From the NCBI GenBank assembly GCA_027293415.1, contig JAPUFX010000102.1:4803-68802 (forward strand): 64,000 bases of DNA, written 5' to 3'. The position numbers were made by a program, and so were the translations under genes. Below are positions 57,106-64,000 of this stretch, one piece after another. The stretch is from Candidatus Methylomirabilota bacterium (GTDB taxonomy: Bacteria; Methylomirabilota; Methylomirabilia; Methylomirabilales; CSP1-5). Below the pieces are notes generated by a model. It worked only from the letters and a program-made list of their open reading frames with translations. It was not told where the DNA came from and did no database searches. Within the stretch, counting starts at the first letter, position 1; each line of letters opens with the position of its first letter.

Positions 57106-57277
57106 TCTGTCCTTTCCGGTCCTTGATTGATCCCTCCCTCAATTGTACCGCCTCTTTCTCTTAGGTGTTTTCCGCCGCGCGGCGATTGCCGTGCCTTTGC
57201 GTGGCGGTGCCCCTTCCGTAATTACAGCTGTTTTTCGTTCTCTGGCTATTTTTTCGTGGGATGGGTGGATGGAGGGG

Positions 57278-57712
57278 TTATCGTTCAGCGGGTTCTAAGA
57301 GAGGAGGCCGGGTGATGGCACGGATCTTATCCAAGATCCCGTTCACGAACCGGCCGGAGTCCTCGCTGCCATACTGCTTTGCGATCTCGATGGCCTCGTT
57401 GAGGATCACCTTTTCGGGAACCTCTTTGCGGAAGATGAACTCATAGGTTGCCAACCGGAGGATGTTGCGCTCGACCAGCGCGATCCGCGAAAAGTGCCAG
57501 TGCTCCGTGTATTGAGTGATTAAGGTGTCGATTTCTTCCCGATGCGTGAGGGTTCCCTCAACCAGCTCCCTGGCATAGGTCCCGACCTCTAGCGGCGGGC
57601 CACGGTGGTCCGCCCAAAAGAGGTCTAGGACCTCCTCGTGTTTCTCTGGACGAAACTCGCGCTGGTAGAGAATGGTCAGGGCGAGTTCTCGCGCCCGTCG
57701 CCGTTTACCCAT
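57278..57712 (-). CDS. nusB: Transcription antitermination factor NusB
   Basis: ORF 57278..57784; I chose ATG 57712 ([17 protein letters not shown]). It overlaps the ribH stop. Confidence 0.88.
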   Translation of the reverse strand: MGKRRRARELALTILYQREFRPEKHEEVLDLFWADHRGPPLEVGTYARELVEGTLTHREEIDTLITQYTEHWHFSRIALVERNILRLATYEFIFRKEVPEKVILNEAIEIAKQYGSEDSGRFVNGILDKIRAITRPPLLEPAER

Positions 57713-58217
57713 CTGATCCACTCCACCGGGCCGGATCCTCCTCCTGTTCCTTGTCGAGCTGAGCGAACAGATGGGCCATCTCAATCGCGGCCAGAGCCGC
57801 CTCGAATCCCTTGTTCCCCATTTTGGTCCCAGCCCGTTCGATCGCCTGCTCGATGGTGTCGGCCGTGATCACGCCGAAGGTTGTCGGCACACCCGTCTTC
57901 AGGGCTGTCGTGGCCACCCCGTTCGCGGCTTCGCCAGCGATGTAATCAAAGTGAGGGGTCGCTCCGCGGATGACGGCCCCCAGGCAGATAACAGCATCGT
58001 ATCGACGACTCGAAGCCAGACGCTGTGCCGTCACCGGGATCTCAAAGGTGCCCGGAACTTTGACTACGTCGATTTTGTCTGGATCTACCCCGTGACGGAT
58101 GAGACCGTCGACGGCCCCGTCGAGGAGTTTTGCCGTGATGAACTCGTTGAATCTGCTGAGGACGATGGCAAAAGAAAACCCCTGGCCAGACAGGTGCCCT
58201 TCCAAATGTCGCACCAT
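57705..58217 (-). CDS. ribH: 6,7-dimethyl-8-ribityllumazine synthase
   Basis: F.IV.SRFN..I...LL.GA.D.L, and VPG.FE.P. Confidence 0.92.
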   Translation of the reverse strand: MVRHLEGHLSGQGFSFAIVLSRFNEFITAKLLDGAVDGLIRHGVDPDKIDVVKVPGTFEIPVTAQRLASSRRYDAVICLGAVIRGATPHFDYIAGEAANGVATTALKTGVPTTFGVITADTIEQAIERAGTKMGNKGFEAALAAIEMAHLFAQLDKEQEEDPARWSGSDG

Positions 58218-58218
58218 A

Positions 58219-59445
58219 CTATCTCCCTGACCCGTGCGCCTCCGGGATTCGGTCCAGTAGGTGACCGAGTTTCTCCTGTTTCGTTGCCAGATAGCCGCGA
58301 TTTTCCGGAATGGGGTGGACCTTTAGGGGCACGCGCTCTACGATACGAAGTCCGTACCCCTCAAGCCCCACGATCTTTCGAGGATTGTTCGTGAGGAGGC
58401 GCATCTTGCTCACCCCAAGATCGACCAGGACCTGCGCTCCGATCCCGTAGTCGCGGAGATCCGCCTTGAACCCCAACTTCTCGTTGGCCTCCACTGTATC
58501 ATAGCCTTGGTCTTGCAGTTCATAGGCGCGGAACTTGTCCGCGAGACCGATGCCTCTTCCTTCCTGCCGCATATAGAGGAACACCCCCGTGCCTTCCGCT
58601 GCAATCAGTGCGAGGGCACGGTCCATCTGCAACCCGCAATCGCAGCGTAGAGACCCAAACACATCACCGGTCAGACACTCGGAATGGACCCGGACCATCA
58701 CTTCATCCGCTGGGGTGATATCTCCAAGGGTAAGAGCCAAATGCTGGTCGTTCCCTACCCGATTTTGGTAGAGGAGGGCCCGGAAGGTCCCGTGGAGGGT
58801 GGGTACGGTGGAATCTGCTACTCGCCGGACCAGCTTCTCGCGCCGCATGCGGAAAGTAATCAGATCCTTGACGGTGATGATTCGGAGGCCATGAGAGGCA
58901 GCGAAGTCCAAGAGCTGGGGGACTCGGGCCATACTCCCGTCTTCGTTCATGATTTCGCAGATCACTCCAGCGGGGTAGAGACCGGCGAGTCGGCTCAGGT
59001 CGACGGCCGCTTCGGTCTGGCCCGCCCGGGCGAGAACGCCTCCCTCCTTTGCTCGGAGAGGAAAGACATGGCCCGGTCGCACAAGGTCCTCCGGTCGCGT
59101 GTTGGGGTCGAGCAGCGCGCGAATCGTCGTAGCGCGGTCATGAACCGAGACCCCGGTAGTGACGCCTCGTCGAGCCTCCACGGAAATACAAAAAGCGGTC
59201 TCGTGGGGAGAGGTATTTTCTGAAACCATCAAAGGGATGTGCAGTTCATCGAGCCGCTGGATGGGGAGGGAAACGCAGATGAGCCCGCGCCCCTCCTTGG
59301 CCATAAAGTTAATGGCCTCAGGCGATACCCGATCGGCGGCCATCGTCAGATCCCCCTCGTTTTCTCGGTCCTCGTCATCGACGACAATAATCATCTTTCC
59401 GTCTCGAATCCCTTTGACGGCGTCTTCGATGGAGTCAAAGGACAT
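58219..59445 (-). CDS. ribBA: Bifunctional 3,4-dihydroxy-2-butanone-4-phosphate synthase / GTP cyclohydrolase II
   Basis: [13 protein letters not shown] in the N-terminal half. [18 protein letters not shown] and R.Y..GAQIL.DLGV in the C-terminal half. Confidence 0.92.
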   Translation of the reverse strand: MSFDSIEDAVKGIRDGKMIIVVDDEDRENEGDLTMAADRVSPEAINFMAKEGRGLICVSLPIQRLDELHIPLMVSENTSPHETAFCISVEARRGVTTGVSVHDRATTIRALLDPNTRPEDLVRPGHVFPLRAKEGGVLARAGQTEAAVDLSRLAGLYPAGVICEIMNEDGSMARVPQLLDFAASHGLRIITVKDLITFRMRREKLVRRVADSTVPTLHGTFRALLYQNRVGNDQHLALTLGDITPADEVMVRVHSECLTGDVFGSLRCDCGLQMDRALALIAAEGTGVFLYMRQEGRGIGLADKFRAYELQDQGYDTVEANEKLGFKADLRDYGIGAQVLVDLGVSKMRLLTNNPRKIVGLEGYGLRIVERVPLKVHPIPENRGYLATKQEKLGHLLDRIPEAHGSGR

Positions 59446-59478
59446 CTGTGCCTCCCGGTGTTGGTCTGTGCACGGTGT

Positions 59479-60129
59479 CTAGGAGAAACCCTGCTCGAGG
59501 AGCAGTTCCGGTCTGAGGGGGGATCGGTCGCGAACTTTTTCCCCGGCAAAAAGGCGTTCGAGGTAGCGACTCAAAAGATCGACTTCCACATTAGCAAGAC
59601 TCCCAGGCCCTTTCGCCCCGAGGGTCGTCACGGCCGGCGTATGGGGGATGAGGCAGACGGAGAAGCTTTCCTGCGAAACGTCCACGATCGTCAGACTCAC
59701 CCCATCAATGGCGATCGAGCCTTTGGACGCGATGTACACTGATAGGGAAGGGGGGAAGGCGATCCACATCCATGTAGAGTCACCCAGGGATTCGCACCGG
59801 ATGACTTGTGCGACACCGTCGACATGTCCGGTGACGAAATGCCCGCCCAGGAAATCTCCTGCCTTCAACGGCAACTCCAGATTGACTCGCTCTTGGGGTT
59901 TCAATCCGCCGAGGGTGGTCCGTGTGAGGGTCTCGGGGGAAAGGTCAGTGGTGAAAGTCGTCCCCTCACGAAGGATGACTGTGAGGCAGACGCCGTTGAC
60001 GGCGATACTCTGTCCCACCGCGAGATCCGCAATCGACGGTCCGCCATGGACCGTGAAGCGGGCACCTTCTCTTTCACCCCGGGTAAGGGCAACGACTCTT
60101 CCCTGCTCTCCTACGATGCCGGTAAACAT
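59479..60129 (-). CDS. ribE: Riboflavin synthase alpha chain
   Basis: MFTGIV...G and the duplicated GDS.AVNG.CLTV motif. Confidence 0.9.
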   Translation of the reverse strand: MFTGIVGEQGRVVALTRGEREGARFTVHGGPSIADLAVGQSIAVNGVCLTVILREGTTFTTDLSPETLTRTTLGGLKPQERVNLELPLKAGDFLGGHFVTGHVDGVAQVIRCESLGDSTWMWIAFPPSLSVYIASKGSIAIDGVSLTIVDVSQESFSVCLIPHTPAVTTLGAKGPGSLANVEVDLLSRYLERLFAGEKVRDRSPLRPELLLEQGFS

Positions 60130-60133
60130 CTCC

Positions 60134-61231
60134 CTATATCACCCAGGGGGCAACTGGCTCCGTCAGGTAGCCCTCGAGCACGACATCTTGGCCCAGTCGT
60201 TCGACTGTGAGCTGTGTGACGTGGAGGGCCTCGACGAGCTTCTCAATCCCGTCTCCTTGCAGCAGGGTGGGGGCTTTTTCCCCTCCAATCAGGACGGGAG
60301 ACAGCATCACGGTCAGCTTGTCTACGATCCCCGCCTGGAGCGCGGAAGTTGCTAGTCTTCCGCCTCCCTCGATCATCACCGAAGTGATCTTTCGGCGTCC
60401 CAGCTCGCCCAACAGGTCGCGGAGGGAAAGGCCCCCGTCGCCGTAGGGTAGTGCCGTCACGTCCGCTCCTGCCTCTTTCAGTCGGCGGAGGCGAGTCGCG
60501 GGGACTCGGGGGCCAACCGCGACCAAGGGGGGACGAGACCCACTCCTCAAAAGCTGGGCGGTGAGGGGCAGGCGCCCTCGGCTGTCCAGGACCACCCGCA
60601 GGGGATCACGTCCCTCTTGCCCCTCCAAACGGGTGGTGAGCATGGGGTCGTCCCTCAGGACAGTTCCGATGCCTACGGCCACGGCATCCACCGCGTTGCG
60701 CATTTCATGGACCCGACGGCGGGCTCCCTCGCCAGTAATCCATTGTGAGTCTCCAGTTCGGGTGGCCAGTTTACCATCCAAGCTCAAGGCAGCCTTAAGG
60801 AGGACGAACGGTTTCCTGTTACGAATGTATTTAAAGTAGGCCTCGTTGAGCCGGGTCGCCTCCTCTTGAAGAAGACCGACCTCCACGGATATCCCGGCAT
60901 CCCGGAGCCTTCTCACGCCTTCCCCTGCCACGAGGGGGTTGGGATCGTAGGTTGCCACCACCACCCTGGTGACCTCTGCCTTGACGAGGGCCTCCGCGCA
61001 GGGGGGGGTCTTGCCGTAATGGGCGCACGGCTCCAGCGTGACGTAGCACACCGCTCCCCGGGCGGCTGATCCCGCTGCCTTCAGGGCCACTACCTCCGCA
61101 TGATCGCCACCGGCATAGGCGTGATAGCCTTCGCCAACGATCACCCCCTGCCGGGTTAGGACCGCCCCAACCATGGGGTTCGGGCTCGTTCGTCCCCTCC
61201 CTTGGGCCGCCAGGCTGAGAGCCCGCTCCAT
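60134..61231 (-). CDS. ribD: Bifunctional riboflavin biosynthesis deaminase/reductase
   Basis: ORF 60134..61333; I chose ATG 61231. Contains M..AL.LA..G.G.TSPNP.VGAV and HAE..AL....TLEPC.H.GKTPPC. Confidence 0.9.
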   Translation of the reverse strand: MERALSLAAQGRGRTSPNPMVGAVLTRQGVIVGEGYHAYAGGDHAEVVALKAAGSAARGAVCYVTLEPCAHYGKTPPCAEALVKAEVTRVVVATYDPNPLVAGEGVRRLRDAGISVEVGLLQEEATRLNEAYFKYIRNRKPFVLLKAALSLDGKLATRTGDSQWITGEGARRRVHEMRNAVDAVAVGIGTVLRDDPMLTTRLEGQEGRDPLRVVLDSRGRLPLTAQLLRSGSRPPLVAVGPRVPATRLRRLKEAGADVTALPYGDGGLSLRDLLGELGRRKITSVMIEGGGRLATSALQAGIVDKLTVMLSPVLIGGEKAPTLLQGDGIEKLVEALHVTQLTVERLGQDVVLEGYLTEPVAPWVI

Positions 61232-61363
61232 GTATTTCTGATTCACAGTAAACACCCTTGTCCTCGCAAAGCCCCTGTTTTTTAAGGGATTACCGCTCAC
61301 GCTATCACCGGGAATCAAAGGTGTCAAGGTCAATCAGGGTCGTCGGGACAGGCGGGAGGCGAA

Positions 61364-62275
61364 TCAGGCCCCTGTGCTGAGTAACGCCGAGGCAAACGTC
61401 GAGGGAGAGAAGGGTTCAAGGTCCTCGATCCCTTCCCCTAGTCCTACGTACGCTACTGGAATCTGAAGTTCGGATACAATCCCGACGACCGCCCCTCCCT
61501 TAGCTGTTCCGTCCAGCTTGGTGATGATGAGCCCGGTAATCCCAATCGCTTGGTGGAACCCCCTTGCCTGGGCGGCCGCGTTGAGGCCGGTCGTGGCATC
61601 CAACATGAGTAGGGTCTCATGGGGGGCCCCGGGAAGATGTTGGGCGATAACCCTGCGGATCTTTTTGAGCTCCTCCATCAGGTTTTTCTTGGTGTGGAGG
61701 CGACCCGCCGTGTCGATGAGCAGAAGATCCATCCCCCGCGCCTGGGCTGCCTGGAGCGCATCGAAAACCACGGCTGCCGCATCGCCGCCTGCCTGATGGG
61801 TGATGACATCGGCTCCAACTCTGCTCCCCCAGACCTGGAGCTGTTCGATGGCGGCCGCCCGAAAAGTGTCCGCGCCAGCCAGGAGGACCCGCTTTCCCTG
61901 GCGGACTGCCCGAAAAGCAAGCTTGCCGATCGTGGTCGTCTTGCCAACCCCGTTCACCCCGAGAGCCAAAACCACATGGGGATGCCCTTCGGGGATATTC
62001 CCATGCGGAACCGAGAGGATCGACGTCACCTGCTGCTCAAGGAGGTGAAGAAGCTCTGTGGGCTCTGTTATCCCGGAGGGAACGGCTTTTATGAGCTGCT
62101 GGGTGGCGAACATTCCCAGGTCGGCCGTGATCAGAATCTCCTCGAGTTCCTCCAGCACTTGCGGGTCCACACGCGGCTGCTGAAGAAGCCGTGCGATCCT
62201 CTCGAAGAGGATTTCGCGGGTCCTTCGGAGGCCTGTGGTGAGATGGGAGAAAAGGGGAGGGTGCTCTACCATCAT
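61364..62275 (-). CDS. ftsY: Signal recognition particle receptor FtsY (NG domain only)
   Basis: GVNGVGKTTTIGKLA, DTAGRLH, and TKLDGTAKGG. Confidence 0.92.
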   Translation of the reverse strand: MMVEHPPLFSHLTTGLRRTREILFERIARLLQQPRVDPQVLEELEEILITADLGMFATQQLIKAVPSGITEPTELLHLLEQQVTSILSVPHGNIPEGHPHVVLALGVNGVGKTTTIGKLAFRAVRQGKRVLLAGADTFRAAAIEQLQVWGSRVGADVITHQAGGDAAAVVFDALQAAQARGMDLLLIDTAGRLHTKKNLMEELKKIRRVIAQHLPGAPHETLLMLDATTGLNAAAQARGFHQAIGITGLIITKLDGTAKGGAVVGIVSELQIPVAYVGLGEGIEDLEPFSPSTFASALLSTGA

Positions 62276-62293
62276 CTGAGTGCTCGGCTGCGG

Positions 62294-64000
62294 TTAGGAA
62301 GTGGACGCGCTGACTTTCTGCTCCGCATGTGGCCCGAGCCGAACCGAGATGAGTTTCGAAACCCCCGGCTCCTCCATGGTGATCCCGTAGAGCAGACTCG
62401 CCACCTCGATGGTCCGGGGGTGGTGTGTGATGAGGATGAACTGGGAGAGAGAGGCGAGATCGAGAAGGAGGGATACAAAGCGATCCACGTTCTGATCATC
62501 CAAAGCAGCATCCACCTCATCCAGGACGACAAAAGGGCTGGGGCGTACGGCCCACAGGGCCATGAGGAGGGAGATGGCACCGAGGGTCTTCTCACCGCCG
62601 GAGAGGAGTGAGAGGACGGTAGTTTGCTTTCCAGGGATCCGCACTCGGATTTCCACCCCCGGCTCCTCAGTCTCCTCTCCCTGGCTGAGGACAAGCTCTG
62701 CCTCGCCACCGCCGAAGAGACGCTGCCAGAAGCGGTTGAGGTGTTCGTTGATAGCGTTCAGGGTCTGCTCAAAGCGCTGCTTAGTTGTCTGATTAATCTC
62801 AGCAATGGTGGCCTTGAGCGAGGTGACAGATGTGCTGAGATCTTCCGCCTGATCTGTCAGAAAACGGTACCGTTCGGAAAGTGCCTCATACTCCTCTAAC
62901 GCAGCCATGTTGATCGGGCCCATGGTAGCCATTTTCTGGCGGAGCTCTTCTCCTTCCTGCTCGAGCGACTCCGGATCCTGCGATGGATCTTCTGTGTGAG
63001 TGAGGTTCTGAAGATCAGCCTCCTCTCTTACTTCTTCCTGTAAGCGTTTCTGGAGGAGCGAACGCTCTGTGTGTATGGTCGCCTGTTTCGTGGCGATCGA
63101 GGCTCGCTGCTGCTGCAGGTCGGTGAGATCGCGCCTGGCATTTTTCAAAGCCTCCTCGTGGACAAATAGATCCTGCCGGAGCCGATCCCGCTCATCCTGA
63201 AGTACTTGGACCGCCTGAACCTCTTTGACCTCCTGCTGCTGTAGGGCCCCCAGGGACTGCTGGAGGGAGACGATCTCTTCGGCGAGTCGTTCCTCGCGAG
63301 ACCGCCCCTCCTCCTCCTCATGACGAATTTCTGCCTCTCGCCTCCGTTCTCTGGCCAGATCGGATTCGAGGCGGTCCATGGAGCGGGCTAGGGCTTCTCT
63401 CCGTTCCTGAAGGGAGATCGAACGAACTCGAACCTCTGCCACTTCTCGCTGAAGCTCTTGCTGTCTTGCTCGAAGGAGGCTGACCTGGTGGTCTTGGTCG
63501 GCCGATTCGGTCTTGAACGTCTTCTCCTGCCGATCCAGCACCTGCAGTTCCTTCTGAACCTCTTCGACCGTACTGGCGAGGTCGCTTATTTCCTGTTCCA
63601 TCTCCGCTCGCTCAGAATTTAATAACTCCATCTGGCGTCCGAGCCGGGAGGCAACTGTGCGGACCTCGGCTAAAGATCGTTCTACCTCGCGCCGGGCCTC
63701 TTCGGCACCTTTGAGGGCTTGCTCCTGCGTACTCAATACCTGGCGGCATTGCGAAAGTGCCTCTTGAAGAGTCGCCCATTCGCCTTCCACCGCATGAAGT
63801 TGGTCGGTCACCCGAGCAATCACCGTGGGAAGCTCTTCTAACTCCCTTCTCCGGCTCAGGAGGCTTACGGCGGTAGTTTTTCCACCATGGATGGGACCCC
63901 ACGAGTTCAGCACGACACCCGATGTCGTCGCCACCCGGACAGGCCGAGGGAGGTTCCGGATGAGGGTTACAGCGGTGGAAAGGTCCTGCACGATCAAGGC
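62294..64000 (-). CDS. smc: Chromosome partition protein Smc (C-terminal ~568 codons; N-terminus lies beyond the window)
   Basis: Long coiled coil, hinge-proximal region, and C-terminal LSGGEKTL.A..LL.A.......PF.VLDEVDAALD. The ORF runs open to the window edge. Confidence 0.9.
   Translation of the reverse strand, partial: ALIVQDLSTAVTLIRNLPRPVRVATTSGVVLNSWGPIHGGKTTAVSLLSRRRELEELPTVIARVTDQLHAVEGEWATLQEALSQCRQVLSTQEQALKGAEEARREVERSLAEVRTVASRLGRQMELLNSERAEMEQEISDLASTVEEVQKELQVLDRQEKTFKTESADQDHQVSLLRARQQELQREVAEVRVRSISLQERREALARSMDRLESDLARERRREAEIRHEEEEGRSREERLAEEIVSLQQSLGALQQQEVKEVQAVQVLQDERDRLRQDLFVHEEALKNARRDLTDLQQQRASIATKQATIHTERSLLQKRLQEEVREEADLQNLTHTEDPSQDPESLEQEGEELRQKMATMGPINMAALEEYEALSERYRFLTDQAEDLSTSVTSLKATIAEINQTTKQRFEQTLNAINEHLNRFWQRLFGGGEAELVLSQGEETEEPGVEIRVRIPGKQTTVLSLLSGGEKTLGAISLLMALWAVRPSPFVVLDEVDAALDDQNVDRFVSLLLDLASLSQFILITHHPRTIEVASLLYGITMEEPGVSKLISVRLGPHAEQKVSASTS

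Noticed and set aside
57106-57277. The convergent fabF/nusB intergenic region, examined as a possible RNA gene.
   Set aside because: It contains only short GC palindromes (CGCCGCGCGGCG) and T-rich tracts, consistent with bidirectional termination. Nothing more specific could be supported.
61232-61363. I expected an FMN (RFN) riboswitch upstream of ribD.
   Set aside because: Only 132 nt are available. The reverse complement lacks the conserved RFN blocks (GGGCAGGGTGAAATTCCC...CCGACGGT.AAAGTCCGGATG). Only a TTGACA-type promoter-like site is visible.

Overview
This is a densely packed window of about 60% GC from a diderm bacterium (Lpt, TonB and sigma-54 genes are present). I cannot place the lineage from sequence alone. 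Nearly all of it is core housekeeping arranged in recognisable operons. On the plus strand: xseB-tlyA-nadK-recN; a penicillin-acylase, M50-protease and AIR-synthase-like block; degP, a sigma-70 family factor and rmuC; fadD and yhaM-like genes; gcdH; lptCAB-rpoN-hpf-rapZ; pgsA-lysC-comEA-scpAB; the aromatic amino-acid cluster pheA-hisC-aroF-tyrA; hflX; der; sdhCAB-sucCD-ndk; and yceD-rpmF-plsX-fabHDG-acpP-fabF. On the minus strand: ribD-ribE-ribBA-ribH-nusB, ftsY, and smc (truncated at the window edge). One tRNA-Leu(CAG) is present. I found no CRISPR array, rRNA, transposase or integrase. The parts not explained by housekeeping annotation are: (1) a lower-GC islet at 22.4-23.9 kb carrying a wHTH-fused, apparently degenerate MNT gene and a HEPN gene, followed by two tandem leader+micro-ORF repeats encoding 23-25 aa poly-lysine/alanine peptides and an intrinsic terminator just upstream of gcdH; (2) about 1 kb of noncoding DNA around tRNA-Leu that contains a 369-nt element closed by a perfect 22-bp inverted repeat; (3) a truncated malate dehydrogenase remnant with its own promoter-like site and strong RBS ahead of the sdh genes; (4) a heptad-repeat hairpin between sucC and sucD, with a related copy after nadK; (5) a 450-nt gap of about 45% GC with no ORF. 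All functional calls rest on motifs I recognise by eye in the translated ORFs. No database search was run.
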